Source: Escherichia coli
GTDB lineage: Bacteria > Pseudomonadota > Gammaproteobacteria > Enterobacterales > Enterobacteriaceae
DNA: 64,000 bases
Direction: 5' to 3' (one strand)
Assembly (NCBI RefSeq): GCF_030013205.1
Contig: NZ_CP122648.1
Shown one piece after another: positions 40,985 through 53,681 of the stretch (the first letter of the stretch is position 1; each line of letters opens with the position of its first letter). The translations under genes and the position numbers were made by a program. Below the pieces are notes generated by a model that had not been told where the DNA came from, ran no database searches, and worked only from the letters and a program-made list of their open reading frames with translations.

Positions 40985-42304
40985 TTAGTGAGCGCTGGAG
41001 GTCACCTGACGACCTGCCGCGCGATCCCAGATAATGGCCAGAACCACCATCACCACTGTTGGCATTAACCACGCCAGACCTTGTTCGGCCAGCGGTAAAC
41101 GCTGCGCCCAGGACGGTAAGATATCGCTGAATGCAGATGCTTTGATCCCGTCGAGAATACCAAAAAGCAGGCTGATAAACATCGGCGGAGCAATCACGCG
41201 GGACGAATTATGCCACCATGAGCGTGTAAAACTTAATACAACCAGTGCGATACACGGCGGATAAATGGCGGTCAGCACCGGTACAGAGATCTGAATCAGC
41301 TGACTCAAGCCGAGGTTAGACACCACCATCGAGAAGCCGCCGAGGATAAACACCAGCGTACGATAAGAGAGCGGTACGTACTGGGCGAAGAATTCTGCAC
41401 AAGCACAGGTCAGGCCAACCGCCGTGACCAGGCAGGCGATGAAGATTAACGCCGCCAGCAGGAAGCTACCGCCGCCGCCAAAGGTATGCTGAACGTAAGC
41501 ATGCAGAATAGCAGCGCCGTTTGCAGACTGATCGACCAGCGACGCGCTGTCTGAACCCAGACGGAACAGCGCCAGGTACAGCAGAGTCAGACCAACACCC
41601 GCCATCAGGCCAGCCCAGACGGTATAACGGGTCAGCAGACGCGCTTCGGTAACGCCACGAGAACGCGCCGCGTTAACAATAACGATACCAAACACCATCG
41701 CGCCCAGCGTATCCATGGTCAGATAGCCGTTGACGAAGCCGTTAGAAAACGCAGCGTTTTGATAAGCCTCAGTCGCCGTGCTGATAGAACCCGCCGGCCA
41801 GACAATCGCGGCAACAGACAGGATGACCAGCGCGATAATTTTCAGCGGCGCAAGGAAGTTGCCCACGGTATCCAGCAGTTTGCCCGGATAGAGCGAAACC
41901 AGAATAACGATAGCGAAATAAACCAGGCTGTAGATAAACAGCGGCAGTGCGGAATCACCCGTCAGCGGCGCAATGCCCACTTCAAAAGAAACGGTAGCTG
42001 TACGCGGCGTAGCGAAAAGCGGCCCCACCGCCAGGTAACACACCGTTGCCAGCAGCACGCCAGCGACTTTACCGATTGGCGTGCTGAGGCTGTCAACACC
42101 GCCGCCAACTTTTGCCAGCGCCACTACCGTTAATACCGGCAGGCCAACGGCAGTAATGAGGAAGCCGAATGCCGCAGTCCAGACGTGTTCGCCTGCCTGT
42201 AAGCCGACCATTGGAGGGAAAATAATGTTACCTGCGCCGACGAACAACGCAAATGTCATAAAGCCCAGAGCGATGATATCGCGCGATCTTAATTGATGGG
42301 TCAT
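40985..42304 (-). CDS. brnQ: Branched-chain amino acid transport system II carrier
   Basis: 439-aa polytopic [45 protein letters not shown]... Confidence 0.9.
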   Translation of the reverse strand: MTHQLRSRDIIALGFMTFALFVGAGNIIFPPMVGLQAGEHVWTAAFGFLITAVGLPVLTVVALAKVGGGVDSLSTPIGKVAGVLLATVCYLAVGPLFATPRTATVSFEVGIAPLTGDSALPLFIYSLVYFAIVILVSLYPGKLLDTVGNFLAPLKIIALVILSVAAIVWPAGSISTATEAYQNAAFSNGFVNGYLTMDTLGAMVFGIVIVNAARSRGVTEARLLTRYTVWAGLMAGVGLTLLYLALFRLGSDSASLVDQSANGAAILHAYVQHTFGGGGSFLLAALIFIACLVTAVGLTCACAEFFAQYVPLSYRTLVFILGGFSMVVSNLGLSQLIQISVPVLTAIYPPCIALVVLSFTRSWWHNSSRVIAPPMFISLLFGILDGIKASAFSDILPSWAQRLPLAEQGLAWLMPTVVMVVLAIIWDRAAGRQVTSSAH

Positions 42305-42710
42305 AAATCATACTGCCTGTGGATGTGGTGTTGTAACGTTAAATTTTTGTGCCAATCCCTGGGGATGATACAGCGGTATATTTAAACAATTTTAGCGGGA
42401 AATACTCCCAACCAGGCGCGGCGAAGAATAGTTTTTCGATTTACCGCGTGAATGCAGTCAGTATGACAGCACCTGAAGCGCAATTTAAACGCTTATAACG
42501 TTTTAAAGCAAGAAGGGATCTAAAAACCAGAGGTATATAGCGATAAGAAATCACCAACCAGTATAAAACACTATTTCCGTGAAAAAGACATGGCTAATCA
42601 TGCGAACAAAAAATCACCAACCGTTGTAAAATCTAACGCCCGTATTTTGACTGCAAAGAAAATAAGCCAGCATCGGCTGGCTTATGGCAATAAAAGATGA
42701 CAAAGGCGGA

Positions 42711-44006
42711 TTAATCGCTGTTTTTGGCAATTAAACGTTCCGGGATAACAAAACTGAAACGTGTTCCTTTTCCTACTGTACTCTCAATATTCAGGCGACT
42801 TTCGTGATGATTCACCGCATGTTTCACGATCGCTAACCCTAATCCGCTACCGCCGGTTTGCCGGGAACGCGCTTTATCAACGCGATAAAAACGCTCGGTC
42901 AGGCGCGGAATATGCTCCGGTGCAATGCCCGGTCCGTTATCTTCAACGCTAAATTCGGCACCGTGCGGCACTCGCTGCCAGCGTACGGTGATATGCGTGC
43001 CTTCCGGCGTATGATTTACGGCGTTATAGACCAGGTTCGAAATCGCACTGCGTAGCTGATCTTCGTTGCCAGACACCTTGAGGCCGTTATCTATCTCAAA
43101 GGTAAATGTCTGTTTTTTCTGACTCAGAGTCTGAGCCTCGCGCTCAACAACGCGCAGCATCATTGGCACATCAACCTTTTCATTGAGCAAATGCGTCGGT
43201 GCGGCTTCTATTTTCGACAGCGTCAGCAACTGCTTCACCAGCCCTTCCATCCGCTGGGTCTGCTCGCGCATGGTGTGCAACGCTTTTTCACGTACCGCGC
43301 CTTCCAGCGGTTGCTCATCCATCATCTCCAGGTAACCCTGTAACACGGTCAATGGCGTACGTAACTCATGGCTCACGTTGGCAAAAAAGTTACGCCGCGC
43401 CCCTTCCAATTGATGCATTTGCGTGACATCACGCGCCACCATCAGCAACTGTTTGTGGGTATAAGGCATGACGCGAATTTCCAGATGCCGCCCGGTGTTG
43501 AGCACCAGATTAAGCGGGCGAGAAAAATCACGCGTTTTCAGATATTGCGTAAACTCCGGGTAACGCAGCAAGTTAAGGATGTTCTGCCCGTTATCTTCCG
43601 GCCAGCGCAAGCCAAGAATCTGTTGCGCCAGACCGTTGCACCAGAAAATACCGCCCTCTTCCGTGGTCAGCACCACCGCGTCGGGCAGCGACTCCGCGCC
43701 GCTACGAAAGCGTTTAATCAGATTGCCCAGTTCGCGGCGGCGTTTTTTATTTCGCAACTGCATCTGGTGTAATCCGTATAGCAGCGGTTCCCAGCTACCA
43801 CGTCCCGGTGGCGGGGTCATACTACGATCCACCCACAGCCACCATGAAAGGCGCAATAAATTCCAGAAATGCCAGATAAGCAGTCCTGTTACCGATGCCA
43901 GCAAAAACCAGGGCAGGTAACCAAAAAATGCACCCAGGATGAAAGCCGGGAGGCAGCAAAGTAGCAGCTCCAGCACCAGCCTTTTCCACGACAGCCGTTC
44001 CAGCAC
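42711..44006 (-). CDS. phoR: Phosphate regulon sensor histidine kinase
   Basis: 431-aa ORF; HisKA H-box [15 protein letters not shown] and HATPase N/G boxes ([16 protein letters not shown]). Confidence 0.95.
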   Translation of the reverse strand: MLERLSWKRLVLELLLCCLPAFILGAFFGYLPWFLLASVTGLLIWHFWNLLRLSWWLWVDRSMTPPPGRGSWEPLLYGLHQMQLRNKKRRRELGNLIKRFRSGAESLPDAVVLTTEEGGIFWCNGLAQQILGLRWPEDNGQNILNLLRYPEFTQYLKTRDFSRPLNLVLNTGRHLEIRVMPYTHKQLLMVARDVTQMHQLEGARRNFFANVSHELRTPLTVLQGYLEMMDEQPLEGAVREKALHTMREQTQRMEGLVKQLLTLSKIEAAPTHLLNEKVDVPMMLRVVEREAQTLSQKKQTFTFEIDNGLKVSGNEDQLRSAISNLVYNAVNHTPEGTHITVRWQRVPHGAEFSVEDNGPGIAPEHIPRLTERFYRVDKARSRQTGGSGLGLAIVKHAVNHHESRLNIESTVGKGTRFSFVIPERLIAKNSD

Positions 44007-44063
44007 GTAAGATACTCCAGTTAAGAATTCATAAGCCCTGCTCTGCGTCCGATGAGCAAGGCG

Positions 44064-44753
44064 TTAAAAGCGGGTTGAAAAACGATATCCTGTACCGCGC
44101 ACGGTCTGCACCATGCGGTCATGCCCGCCGGGCTCCAGTGCTTTACGCAGGCGACGAATGTGGACATCGACTGTACGATCTTCCACATACACGTTGGTTC
44201 CCCAGACGTGGTTTAACAGCTGCTCGCGGCTGTACACGCGCTCAGGATGCGTCATAAAAAAGTGCAGCAGTTTAAATTCTGTCGGCCCCATCTCCAGTGG
44301 CTCTTCGCCCGCCATCACCCGGTGAGATGTCGGGTCGAGGCTTAGCCCCTGCATCTCGATCACCTCTTCCACCGCCATTGGCGAAATACGGCGCATTACC
44401 GCTTTGATTCGCGCCACCAGCTCCTTCGGCGAAAACGGCTTGGTGATATAGTCATCCGCGCCGGTTTCAAGGCCGCGCACGCGATCTTCTTCTTCCCCTC
44501 TGGCGGTCAACATCACCACTGGAATATCCCGGGTCATCGACTCGCGCTTGAGGTGTTTGATGAACTGGATACCGGAGCCGCCAGGTAACATCCAGTCAAG
44601 GAGAATTAAATCCGGCCAGGGTTCATTCAGTTGATTCACAGCACTGTCATAATCTTCCGCTTCGACCGGCTGAAAGCCATTTTGTTCGAGCACGAAGCAG
44701 ACCATTTCGCGAATTGGAGCTTCATCTTCTACGACCAGAATACGTCTCGCCAT
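44064..44753 (-). CDS. phoB: Phosphate regulon response regulator
   Basis: 229-aa [64 protein letters not shown]... (receiver plus winged-helix OmpR family). Confidence 0.95.
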
Positions 44754-44805
44754 GATTTGCCCTGTTGTAATAAATAGGTTGCGATCATTAATGCGACGTC
44801 ATTAT

Positions 44806-44836
44806 GCGTCAGATTTATGACAGATTTATGAAAAGC
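44806..44836 (-). promoter_or_regulatory. Pho box (PhoB binding site) in phoB promoter
   Basis: Minus strand reads cTTTTCATAAATCTGTCATAAATCTGacgcat, tandem CTGTCAT-type 7-bp repeats ~60-90 bp upstream of the phoB ATG. Confidence 0.55.
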
Positions 44837-44942
44837 TCGTCGCACATATCTTCAGGTTATTGATTTCCGTGGCGCAGAAAAAAGCAAATGGCACATCTGT
44901 TTGGGTATAATCGCGCCCATGCTTTTTCGCCAGGGAACCGTT

Positions 44943-46145
44943 ATGCGCATCCTTCACACCTCAGACTGGCATCTCGGCCAGAACTTCTACAGTAAAAGCC
45001 GCGAAGCTGAACATCAGGCTTTTCTTGACTGGCTGCTGGAGACAGCACAAACCCATCAGGTGGATGCGATTATTGTTGCCGGTGATGTTTTCGATACCGG
45101 CTCGCCCCCCAGTTACGCCCGCACGTTATACAACCGTTTTGTTGTCAATTTACAGCAAACTGGCTGTCATCTGGTGGTACTGGCAGGAAACCATGACTCG
45201 GTCGCCACGCTAAATGAATCGCGCGATATCATGGCGTTCCTCAATACTACCGTGGTCGCCAGCGCCGGACATGCGCCGCAAATCTTGCCTCGTCGCGACG
45301 GGACGCCAGGCGCAGTGCTGTGCCCCATTCCGTTTTTACGCCCACGTGACATTATTACCAGCCAGGCGGGGCTTAACGGTATTGAAAAACAGCAGCATTT
45401 GCTGGCGGCTATTACTGATTATTATCAACAACACTATGCCGATGCCTGCAAACTGCGCGGCGATCAGCCTCTACCCATCATCGCCACGGGACATTTAACA
45501 ACTGTGGGTGCCAGTAAAAGTGATGCTGTGCGTGACATCTATATTGGCACGCTGGACGCGTTTCCGGCACAAAACTTTCCACCAGCCGACTACATCGCGC
45601 TCGGGCATATTCACCGCGCGCAGATTATTGGCGGCATGGAACATGTTCGCTATTGCGGTTCCCCCATACCACTGAGTTTTGATGAATGCGGTAAGAGTAA
45701 ATATGTCCATCTGGTGACATTTTCAAACGGTAAATTAGAGAGCGTGGAAAACCTGAACGTACCGGTAACGCAACCCATGGCGGTGCTGAAAGGCGATCTG
45801 GCGTCGATTACCGCACAGCTGGAACAGTGGCGCGATGTATCACAGGAGCCGCCTGTCTGGCTGGATATCGAAATCACTACTGATGAGTATCTGCATGATA
45901 TTCAGCGCAAAATCCAGGCATTAACCGAATCATTGCCTGTCGAAGTATTGCTGGTACGCCGGAGTCGTGAACAGCGCGAGCGAGTGTTAGCCAGCCAACA
46001 GCGTGAAACCCTCAGCGAACTCAGCGTCGAAGAGGTGTTCAATCGCCGTCTGGCACTGGAAGAACTGGATGAATCGCAGCAGCAACGTCTGCAGCATCTT
46101 TTCACCACGACGTTGCATACCCTCGCCGGAGAACACGAAGCATGA
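44943..46145 (+). CDS. sbcD: Nuclease SbcCD subunit D
   Basis: Trimmed to [31 protein letters not shown]... (400 aa), Mre11-like phosphoesterase motifs (DWHLG, GDVFD, GNHD). Confidence 0.9.
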   Translation: MRILHTSDWHLGQNFYSKSREAEHQAFLDWLLETAQTHQVDAIIVAGDVFDTGSPPSYARTLYNRFVVNLQQTGCHLVVLAGNHDSVATLNESRDIMAFLNTTVVASAGHAPQILPRRDGTPGAVLCPIPFLRPRDIITSQAGLNGIEKQQHLLAAITDYYQQHYADACKLRGDQPLPIIATGHLTTVGASKSDAVRDIYIGTLDAFPAQNFPPADYIALGHIHRAQIIGGMEHVRYCGSPIPLSFDECGKSKYVHLVTFSNGKLESVENLNVPVTQPMAVLKGDLASITAQLEQWRDVSQEPPVWLDIEITTDEYLHDIQRKIQALTESLPVEVLLVRRSREQRERVLASQQRETLSELSVEEVFNRRLALEELDESQQQRLQHLFTTTLHTLAGEHEA

Positions 46146-49100
46146 AAATTCTCAGCCTGCGCCTGAAAAACCTGAACTCATTAAAAGGCGAATGGAAGAT
46201 TGATTTCACCCGCGAGCCGTTCGCCAGCAACGGGCTGTTTGCCATTACCGGCCCAACCGGTGCGGGGAAAACCACCCTGCTGGACGCCATTTGTCTGGCG
46301 CTGTATCACGAAACTCCGCGCCTTTCTAACGTTTCACAATCGCAAAATGATCTCATGACCCGCGATACCGCCGAATGTCTGGCGGAGGTGGAGTTTGAAG
46401 TGAAAGGTGAAGCGTATCGCGCGTTCTGGAGCCAGAATCGGGCGCGTAACCAGCCGGACGGTAATTTGCAGGTGCCACGCGTAGAGCTGGCGCGCTGCGC
46501 CGATGGCAAAATTCTCGCCGACAAAGTGAAAGATAAGCTGGAACTGACGGCGACGTTAACCGGACTGGATTACGGGCGCTTCACCCGTTCGATGCTGCTT
46601 TCGCAGGGGCAATTTGCTGCCTTCCTGAATGCCAAACCCAAAGAACGCGCGGAATTGCTCGAGGAGTTAACCGGCACTGAAATCTACGGACAAATCTCGT
46701 CGATGGTGTTTGAGCAGCACAAATCGGCCCGCACAGAGCTGGAGAAGCTGCAAGCGCAGGCCAGCGGCGTCGCGTTGCTCATGCCAGAACAAGTGCAATC
46801 GCTGACAGAAAGTTTGCAGGTACTCACTGACGAAGAAAAACAGTTACTTACCGCGCAGCAGCAAGAACAACAATCGCTAAACTGGTTAACGCGTCTGGAC
46901 GAATTGCAGCAAGAAGCCAGCCGCCGTCAACAGGCCTTGCAACAGGCGTTAGCCGAAGAAGAAAAAGCGCAACCTCAACTGGCGGCGCTCAGTCTGGCCC
47001 AACCGGCACGAAATCTTCGTCCGCACTGGGAACGCATCGCAGAACACAGCGCGGCGCTGGCGCATACTCGCCAGCAGATTAAAGAAGTAAATACTCGCTT
47101 ACAGAGCACAATGGCGCTTCGCGCGAGCATTCGCCACCACGCGGCGAAGCAGTCAGCAGAATTACAGCAGCAGCAACAAAGCCTGAATGCCTGGCTACAG
47201 GAACACGACCGCTTCCGTCAGTGGAACAACGAACTGGCGGGTTGGCGTGCGCAGTTCTCCCAACAAACCAGCGATCGCGAGCATCTGCGGCAATGGCAGC
47301 AACAGTTAACCCATGCTGAGCAAAAACTTAATGCGCTTGCGGCGATCACATTGACGTTATCCGCCGATGAAGTTGCTAGCGCCCTGGCGCAACATGCTGA
47401 GCAACGCACGCTGCGTCAGCGCCTGGTCGCGCTGCATGGACAGATTGTTCCCCAACAAAAACGCCTGGCGCAATTACAGGTCGCTATCCAGAATGTCACG
47501 CAAGAACAGACGCAACGTAACGCCGCACTTAACGAAATGCGCCAGCGTTATAAAGAAAAGACGCAGCAACTTGCCGATGTCAAAACCATTTGCGAGCAGG
47601 AAGCGCGTATTAAAACGCTGGAAGCCCAGCGCGCGCAGTTACAGGCGGGTCAGCCTTGTCCACTTTGTGGTTCCACCAGCCACCCGGCGGTCGAGGCGTA
47701 TCAGGCGCTGGAACCGGGCGTTAATCAGGCCCGGCTATTAACGCTGGAAAAAGAAGTGAAAAAGCTCGGCGAAGAAGGTGCGGCGCTACGTGGGCAACTG
47801 GATGCATTAACGAAGCAGCTTCAGCGCGATGAAAACGAAGCGCAAAGCCTCCGACAAGATGAGCAAGCACTTACTCAACAATGGCAAGCCGTCACGGCCA
47901 GCCTCAATATCACCCTGCAGCCACAGGACGATATTCAACCGTGGCTAGATGAACAAGATGAGCACGAACGCCAGCTGCGGTTACTCAACCAACGGCATGA
48001 ATTACAAGGGCAGATTGCCGCGCATAATCAGCAAATTATCCAGTATCAACAGCAAATTGAACAACGCCAGCAGCAACTCTTAACGGCATTGGCGGGTTAT
48101 GCACTGACATTGCCACAGGAAGGTGAAGAAGAGAGCTGGTTGGCGACGCGTCAGCAAGAAGCGCAGAGCTGGCAGCAACGCCAGAACGAATTAACCGCGC
48201 TGCAAAACCGTATGCAGCAGCTGACGCCGATTCTGGAAACGTTGCCGCAAAGTGATGAACTCCCACACAGCGAAGAAACTGTGGCGCTGGAAAACTGGCG
48301 GCAGGTTCATGAACAATGTCTCGCATTACACAGCCAGCAGCAGACGTTACAGCAACAGGATGTTCTGGCGGCGCAAAGTCTGCAAAAAGCCCAGGCGCAG
48401 TTTGACACCGCGCTACAGGCCAGCGTCTTTGACGATCAGCAGGCGTTCCTTGCGGCGCTAATGAATGAACAAACACTAACCCAACTGGAACAGCTCAAGC
48501 AGAATCTGGAAAACCAGCGCCGTCAGGCGCAAACGCTGGTCACTCAGACAGCTGAAACGCTGGCACAGCATCAGCAACACCGACCTGACGGGTTGGCTCT
48601 CACTGTAACGGTGGAGCAGATTCAGCAAGAGTTAGCGCAAACTCACCAAAAGTTGCGTGAAAACACCACCAGTCAGGGCGAGATTCGCCAGCAGCTGAAG
48701 CAGGATGCAGATAACCGTCAGCAACAACAGACCTTAATGCAGCAAATTGCTCAAATGACGCAGCAGGTTGAGGACTGGGGATATCTGAATTCGCTAATAG
48801 GTTCCAAAGAGGGCGATAAATTCCGCAAGTTTGCCCAAGGACTGACGCTGGATAATTTAGTCCATCTCGCTAATCAGCAACTTACCCGGCTGCACGGGCG
48901 CTATCTGTTACAGCGCAAAGCCAGCGAGGCGCTGGAAGTCGAGGTTGTTGATACCTGGCAGGCAGATGCGGTACGCGATACCCGTACCCTTTCCGGTGGC
49001 GAGAGTTTCCTCGTCAGTCTGGCGCTGGCACTGGCGCTTTCAGATCTGGTCAGCCATAAAACGCGTATTGACTCGCTGTTCCTTGATGAAGGTTTTGGCA

Positions 49101-49285
49101 CGCTGGATAGCGAAACGCTGGATACCGCCCTTGATGCGCTGGATGCCCTGAACGCCAGTGGCAAAACCATTGGTGTGATTAGCCACGTAGAAGCGATGAA
49201 AGAGCGTATTCCGGTGCAGATCAAAGTGAAAAAGATCAACGGCCTGGGCTACAGCAAACTGGAAAGTACGTTTGCAGTGAAATAA
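46142..49285 (+). CDS. sbcC: Nuclease SbcCD subunit C (SMC-like ATPase)
   Basis: 1047-aa ORF with Walker [10 protein letters not shown], long Q-rich coiled coil containing a CPLCGS zinc hook, and C-terminal signature/Walker B ([17 protein letters not shown]...[11 protein letters not shown]); start overlaps sbcD stop (ATGA). Confidence 0.95.
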   Translation: MKILSLRLKNLNSLKGEWKIDFTREPFASNGLFAITGPTGAGKTTLLDAICLALYHETPRLSNVSQSQNDLMTRDTAECLAEVEFEVKGEAYRAFWSQNRARNQPDGNLQVPRVELARCADGKILADKVKDKLELTATLTGLDYGRFTRSMLLSQGQFAAFLNAKPKERAELLEELTGTEIYGQISSMVFEQHKSARTELEKLQAQASGVALLMPEQVQSLTESLQVLTDEEKQLLTAQQQEQQSLNWLTRLDELQQEASRRQQALQQALAEEEKAQPQLAALSLAQPARNLRPHWERIAEHSAALAHTRQQIKEVNTRLQSTMALRASIRHHAAKQSAELQQQQQSLNAWLQEHDRFRQWNNELAGWRAQFSQQTSDREHLRQWQQQLTHAEQKLNALAAITLTLSADEVASALAQHAEQRTLRQRLVALHGQIVPQQKRLAQLQVAIQNVTQEQTQRNAALNEMRQRYKEKTQQLADVKTICEQEARIKTLEAQRAQLQAGQPCPLCGSTSHPAVEAYQALEPGVNQARLLTLEKEVKKLGEEGAALRGQLDALTKQLQRDENEAQSLRQDEQALTQQWQAVTASLNITLQPQDDIQPWLDEQDEHERQLRLLNQRHELQGQIAAHNQQIIQYQQQIEQRQQQLLTALAGYALTLPQEGEEESWLATRQQEAQSWQQRQNELTALQNRMQQLTPILETLPQSDELPHSEETVALENWRQVHEQCLALHSQQQTLQQQDVLAAQSLQKAQAQFDTALQASVFDDQQAFLAALMNEQTLTQLEQLKQNLENQRRQAQTLVTQTAETLAQHQQHRPDGLALTVTVEQIQQELAQTHQKLRENTTSQGEIRQQLKQDADNRQQQQTLMQQIAQMTQQVEDWGYLNSLIGSKEGDKFRKFAQGLTLDNLVHLANQQLTRLHGRYLLQRKASEALEVEVVDTWQADAVRDTRTLSGGESFLVSLALALALSDLVSHKTRIDSLFLDEGFGTLDSETLDTALDALDALNASGKTIGVISHVEAMKERIPVQIKVKKINGLGYSKLESTFAVK

Positions 49286-49410
49286 CTATTCAGCAGGATA
49301 ATGAATACAGAGGGGCGAATTATCTCTTGGCCTTGCTGGTCGTTATCCTGCAAGCTATCACTTTATTGGCTACGGTGATTGGTAGCCGTTCTGGTGGTTG
49401 TGATGGTGGT

Positions 49411-50595
49411 ATGAAAAAAGTCATTTTATCTTTGGCTCTGGGCACGTTTGGTTTGGGGATGGCCGAATTTGGCATTATGGGCGTGCTCACGGAGCTGGCG
49501 CATAACGTAGGAATTTCGATTCCTGCTGCCGGGCATATGATCTCGTATTATGCGCTGGGGGTGGTGGTCGGTGCGCCAATCATCGCCCTCTTTTCCAGTC
49601 GCTACTCGCTCAAACATATCTTGTTGTTTCTGGTGGCGTTGTGCGTCATTGGCAACGCCATGTTCACGCTCTCTTCGTCTTACCTGATGCTCGCCATTAG
49701 TCGGCTGGTTTCCGGCTTTCCGCATGGCGCATTTTTTGGCGTCGGCGCGATCGTGTTATCAAAAATTATCAAACCCGGCAAAGTCACCGCCGCCGTGGCG
49801 GGGATGGTTTCCGGGATGACAGTCGCCAATTTGCTGGGCATTCCGCTGGGAACGTATTTAAGTCAGGAATTTAGCTGGCGTTACACCTTTTTATTGATCG
49901 CTGTTTTTAATATTGCGGTGATGGCATCGGTCTATTTTTGGGTGCCGGATATTCGCGACGAAGCGAAAGGAAAGCTACGCGAACAATTTCACTTTTTACA
50001 CAGCCCGGCCCCGTGGTTAATTTTCGCCGCCACCATGTTTGGCAACGCAGGTGTATTTGCCTGGTTCAGCTACGTAAAGCCATACATGATGTTTATTTCC
50101 GGTTTTTCGGAAACGGCGATGACCTTTATTATGATGTTAGTGGGGCTAGGGATGGTGCTGGGGAATGTGCTAAGTGGCCGGATTTCAGGACGTTATTCAC
50201 CACTGCGCATTGCAGCAGTGACTGACTTTATCATTGTACTGGCACTGCTGATGCTCTTTTTCTGCGGCGGCATGAAAATAACGTCGCTTATTTTTGCTTT
50301 TATTTGTTGCGCGGGATTATTTGCCCTTTCAGCACCTCTGCAAATATTGTTACTGCAAAACGCCAAAGGCGGAGAGTTATTAGGTGCCGCAGGTGGGCAA
50401 ATAGCGTTTAACCTCGGTAGCGCCGTCGGCGCATATTGCGGTGGTATGATGCTGACGCTGGGGCTGGCATATAATTACGTGGCGCTGCCTGCCGCCCTGC
50501 TTTCGTTTGCTGCGATGTCGTCGTTGCTGCTGTATGGTCGCTATAAGCGCCAGCAAGCGGCGGATGGTCCGGTGCTGGCGAAACCACTGGGGTAG
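49411..50595 (+). CDS. araJ: MFS transporter AraJ
   Basis: Trimmed to MKKVILSLALGTFGLGMAEFGIMGVLTELAHNVG... (394 aa). Confidence 0.85.
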   Translation: MKKVILSLALGTFGLGMAEFGIMGVLTELAHNVGISIPAAGHMISYYALGVVVGAPIIALFSSRYSLKHILLFLVALCVIGNAMFTLSSSYLMLAISRLVSGFPHGAFFGVGAIVLSKIIKPGKVTAAVAGMVSGMTVANLLGIPLGTYLSQEFSWRYTFLLIAVFNIAVMASVYFWVPDIRDEAKGKLREQFHFLHSPAPWLIFAATMFGNAGVFAWFSYVKPYMMFISGFSETAMTFIMMLVGLGMVLGNVLSGRISGRYSPLRIAAVTDFIIVLALLMLFFCGGMKITSLIFAFICCAGLFALSAPLQILLLQNAKGGELLGAAGGQIAFNLGSAVGAYCGGMMLTLGLAYNYVALPAALLSFAAMSSLLLYGRYKRQQAADGPVLAKPLG

Positions 50596-50627
50596 ATTGC
50601 GGTCACGTTGCGCGTTGCTTATTGCTG

Positions 50628-50733
50628 GATACGGCATGAACGCCTTATCCGCCCTACGCGGTTCTGGCACATTTTGTAGGCCTGATAAAACGCGGCAAGC
50701 GTCGCATCAGGCATGATGCGCCAATTGCCTACG
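50628..50733. repeat. REP (BIME-type) palindromic cluster between araJ and mak
   Basis: Units acGGCATGAACGCCTTATCCGCCCTACg and tTGTAGGCCTGATAAaacGCGgcAAGCGTCGCATCAGGCATgatGCGCC... match the REP consensus family. Confidence 0.55.
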
Positions 50734-50737
50734 TTTT

Positions 50738-51646
50738 TTACTCTTGTGGCCATAACCACGCAGCGCCGCGTACGCCGCTGGAATCACCGTGCTTCGCCTT
50801 ACGCACCGGCGTTTCACATTCGCCGCCGAAGACAAATTGTTTAATCAACTGCGGAACCGTTTGATATAAACGGTCTACATTGCTCATCCCGCCCCCCAGG
50901 ACAATCACATCCGGATCGAGAATATTCACGACATGTGCCAGCGATTTCGCCAGCCGCAGCTCGTAGCGACGCAATGCCAGTTCCGCTACCGGATCGCTTT
51001 CTTCAACCAGGCGGATAATTTCACTGCCTTTCAGCGCATGTCCGCTCAAACGACGATAATCCGTAGCGAATCCCGTGCCCGAAATAAAGGTTTCAATACA
51101 ACCTTGTTTACCGCAATAACAAGGGACTTCCTCGCGATAACGCAGTTCGTCTTCGTCCATCCACGGTAGCGGATTGTGTCCCCACTCACCTGCCGTGCCA
51201 TTGCCGCCGATATGCGCCCGCCCATTGAATGCCACGCCCGCGCCGCATCCCGTGCCGATAATCACGGCAAATACCGTCTGCGCTCCCGCTGCCGCGCCAT
51301 CTACCGCTTCTGAAACCGCCAGACAGTTGGCGTCATTTGCCAGCCGCACTTCCCGCTGCAACCGCGCGCTTAAGTCTTTATCGAATGGCTGACCGTTGAG
51401 CCAGGTTGAATTGGCATTCTTCACCACGCCGGTGTAAGGCGAAATTGAGCCAGGAATGCCCATACCTACCGTTCCGCGCAGCCCTGTCGCCTGCTCCGCC
51501 ATATCAACCAACGTGGCGATCGTTTCAATAGTCTGCCGGTAATCATCACGCGGCGTGGGCAGACGATGGCGGTACAACTGCTCCCCTGCATCGCCCAGTG
51601 CAATCACTTCAGTTTTGGTGCCGCCTAAATCGATACCTATACGCAC
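50738..51646 (-). CDS. mak: Fructokinase/mannokinase (ROK family)
   Basis: Trimmed to a GTG start giving (M)[31 protein letters not shown]... (302 aa); ROK-type zinc cysteines (CYCGKQGC). Confidence 0.8.
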   Translation of the reverse strand: MRIGIDLGGTKTEVIALGDAGEQLYRHRLPTPRDDYRQTIETIATLVDMAEQATGLRGTVGMGIPGSISPYTGVVKNANSTWLNGQPFDKDLSARLQREVRLANDANCLAVSEAVDGAAAGAQTVFAVIIGTGCGAGVAFNGRAHIGGNGTAGEWGHNPLPWMDEDELRYREEVPCYCGKQGCIETFISGTGFATDYRRLSGHALKGSEIIRLVEESDPVAELALRRYELRLAKSLAHVVNILDPDVIVLGGGMSNVDRLYQTVPQLIKQFVFGGECETPVRKAKHGDSSGVRGAAWLWPQE

Positions 51647-51770
51647 GGTACTCTCCTTATTTTTTTCAATATCAATAGCGTAGAGACGGACAACTGGATT
51701 GGCAATGCAAGGCCGCCGACAATTCGTTATCATGCCCGCTAAATTTAACGACAAGGCCGTGGAAATTATC

Positions 51771-52682
51771 ATGCTGTGGTTCAAAAATTTAATGGTTTAC
51801 CGTCTTAGCCGCGAGATTTCGTTGCGTGCAGAAGAGATGGAAAAACAGCTAGCCTCGATGGCATTTACCCCATGCGGCAGCCAGGACATGGCGAAGATGG
51901 GCTGGGTTCCTCCGATGGGATCGCACAGCGATGCGTTAACGCACGTTGCCAATGGTCAAATTGTTATCTGCGCGCGCAAAGAAGAAAAAATCCTCCCGTC
52001 TCCGGTGATTAAACAGGCGCTGGAAGCGAAAATCGCCAAACTGGAAGCGGAACAGGCGCGTAAGCTGAAGAAAACCGAAAAAGATTCGCTGAAAGACGAA
52101 GTGCTGCACTCTCTGCTGCCACGTGCTTTCAGCCGTTTTAGCCAGACAATGATGTGGATCGACACGGTTAATGGTTTGATTATGGTGGACTGCGCCAGTG
52201 CCAAAAAAGCGGAAGATACGCTGGCATTACTGCGTAAAAGCCTGGGGTCGTTACCGGTTGTACCATTGAGCATGGAAAACCCGATTGAACTGACGCTGAC
52301 CGAATGGGTACGCTCCGGCAGCACAGCACAGGGCTTCCAGCTGCTTGATGAAGCCGAGCTGAAATCACTGCTGGAAGATGGCGGCGTGATCCGCGCGAAG
52401 AAACAAGATCTGACCAGCGAAGAGATCACCAACCACATTGAAGCCGGAAAAGTGGTGACTAAACTGGCGCTCGACTGGCAGCAGCGCATTCAGTTTGTGA
52501 TGTGCGACGATGGTTCGCTCAAGCGTCTGAAGTTCTGCGACGAGCTGCGCGATCAAAACGAAGATATCGACCGTGAAGATTTCGCCCAGCGTTTTGATGC
52601 CGATTTCATCCTGATGACTGGTGAACTGGCAGCGTTAATTCAAAACCTGATTGAAGGATTAGGTGGCGAAGCACAACGTTAA
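51771..52682 (+). CDS. rdgC: Recombination-associated protein RdgC
   Basis: Trimmed to [40 protein letters not shown]... (303 aa). Confidence 0.9.
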   Translation: MLWFKNLMVYRLSREISLRAEEMEKQLASMAFTPCGSQDMAKMGWVPPMGSHSDALTHVANGQIVICARKEEKILPSPVIKQALEAKIAKLEAEQARKLKKTEKDSLKDEVLHSLLPRAFSRFSQTMMWIDTVNGLIMVDCASAKKAEDTLALLRKSLGSLPVVPLSMENPIELTLTEWVRSGSTAQGFQLLDEAELKSLLEDGGVIRAKKQDLTSEEITNHIEAGKVVTKLALDWQQRIQFVMCDDGSLKRLKFCDELRDQNEDIDREDFAQRFDADFILMTGELAALIQNLIEGLGGEAQR

Positions 52683-52701
52683 TTGCTGATTTACCTTTAA
52701 T

Positions 52702-52739
52702 GCCGGATGCGACGCCTGCCGCGTCTTATCCGGCGTACG
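52702..52739. repeat. REP element downstream of rdgC
   Basis: GCCGGATGCGACGCctgccGCGTCTTATCCGGCgtacg, a canonical REP-type palindrome. Confidence 0.55.
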
Positions 52740-52839
52740 AAGCTACACCAGGCATATAATTATTCGCTACGGCGGGCAATAATTTTTAGCGCAGCAATAT
52801 TATGCGTTTTACGCTGTAACTTGATCCAGGGGCGTTGTG

Positions 52840-53118
52840 TCATTGTTTTTCCTCAAGCCGGTGACGCGCTTCACTGCGAATTTTCCGCGTTGCCCCGGTT
52901 TTCACTAAATCCCGTAACTGCGAAAGAGCGGGTTGATCGACAAATAAAAGTAATGATGGCTCCTCTTTTAGCCACACCGTTTTCACATCGGCAGCCAGCT
53001 GTGGATTATTAATAGCCAGCGACCGATCCTGAGACTCCGTCAATGTCGTTAACAACATCGGGGTATGTGCGTTGCGCAATGCCGTTTGGCGCAAATGATC
53101 ATTGCGACTTTGCAGCAA
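52840..53118 (-). CDS. Small hypothetical ORF in the rdgC-ppnP gap (position corresponds to K-12 ykiA); coding status uncertain
   Basis: 92-aa ORF MLQSRNDHLRQTALRNAHTPMLLTTLTESQDRSL...; no recognisable domain; may be a gene remnant. Confidence 0.3.
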   Translation of the reverse strand: MLQSRNDHLRQTALRNAHTPMLLTTLTESQDRSLAINNPQLAADVKTVWLKEEPSLLLFVDQPALSQLRDLVKTGATRKIRSEARHRLEEKQ

Positions 53119-53325
53119 TGCACGCCACCATTCATCATCTGATTTATCTTTTATCGTCGCCAGTTCCGCAACAATATCTGGAGATCTTCACTGATATTTA
53201 TATCAACCTTGATGAATTATGAATATATCGGAAATCGAAAAAATCGCAGCAAAGGAAATATTATTATGGGTTTATGAGAGGACATTTCAGAAAAATGCCC
53301 TCCCGTTCATGGGGAAGGCGAGGAA

Positions 53326-53610
53326 TTACAGATAGCGGCACAGATAAGAGGTGGGTTCGGCAACTTGCAGATGAAACTCGCTGTGACCGGGAACATTAAA
53401 CACCGAACCGGCTTCATACACTTGCCAGTCGGTCGCGTCAGGCAGTAACACATTCAGCGCACCACTGATTACCGTCATCTCTTCAGGCTCAGCGGTGCTG
53501 AAGGTGTATTCACCTTCAACCATAACACCCACGCTGGCGCGACCAGTGCTGCTGCTGGAAAAGCCGATCGATTTCACTTTGCCGGAAAAGTACTCATTAC
53601 TTTGAAGCAT
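53326..53610 (-). CDS. ppnP: Pyrimidine/purine nucleoside phosphorylase (cupin, UPF0345)
   Basis: 94-aa [53 protein letters not shown]...; formerly yaiE. Confidence 0.85.
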
Positions 53611-53681
53611 AAACTGGCCCTGTCTGGTAGTTGAACATCTACTTCACTATAGGGGCCAGAGGCGCTGGCTGTCACGCAAAA

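Noticed and set aside
53285-53322. Putative terminator hairpin downstream of ppnP (gccctcccgttcatggggaaggc)
   Set aside because: The stem is imperfect (ccctccc against gggaagg) and pairing is weak; not reported as a feature.
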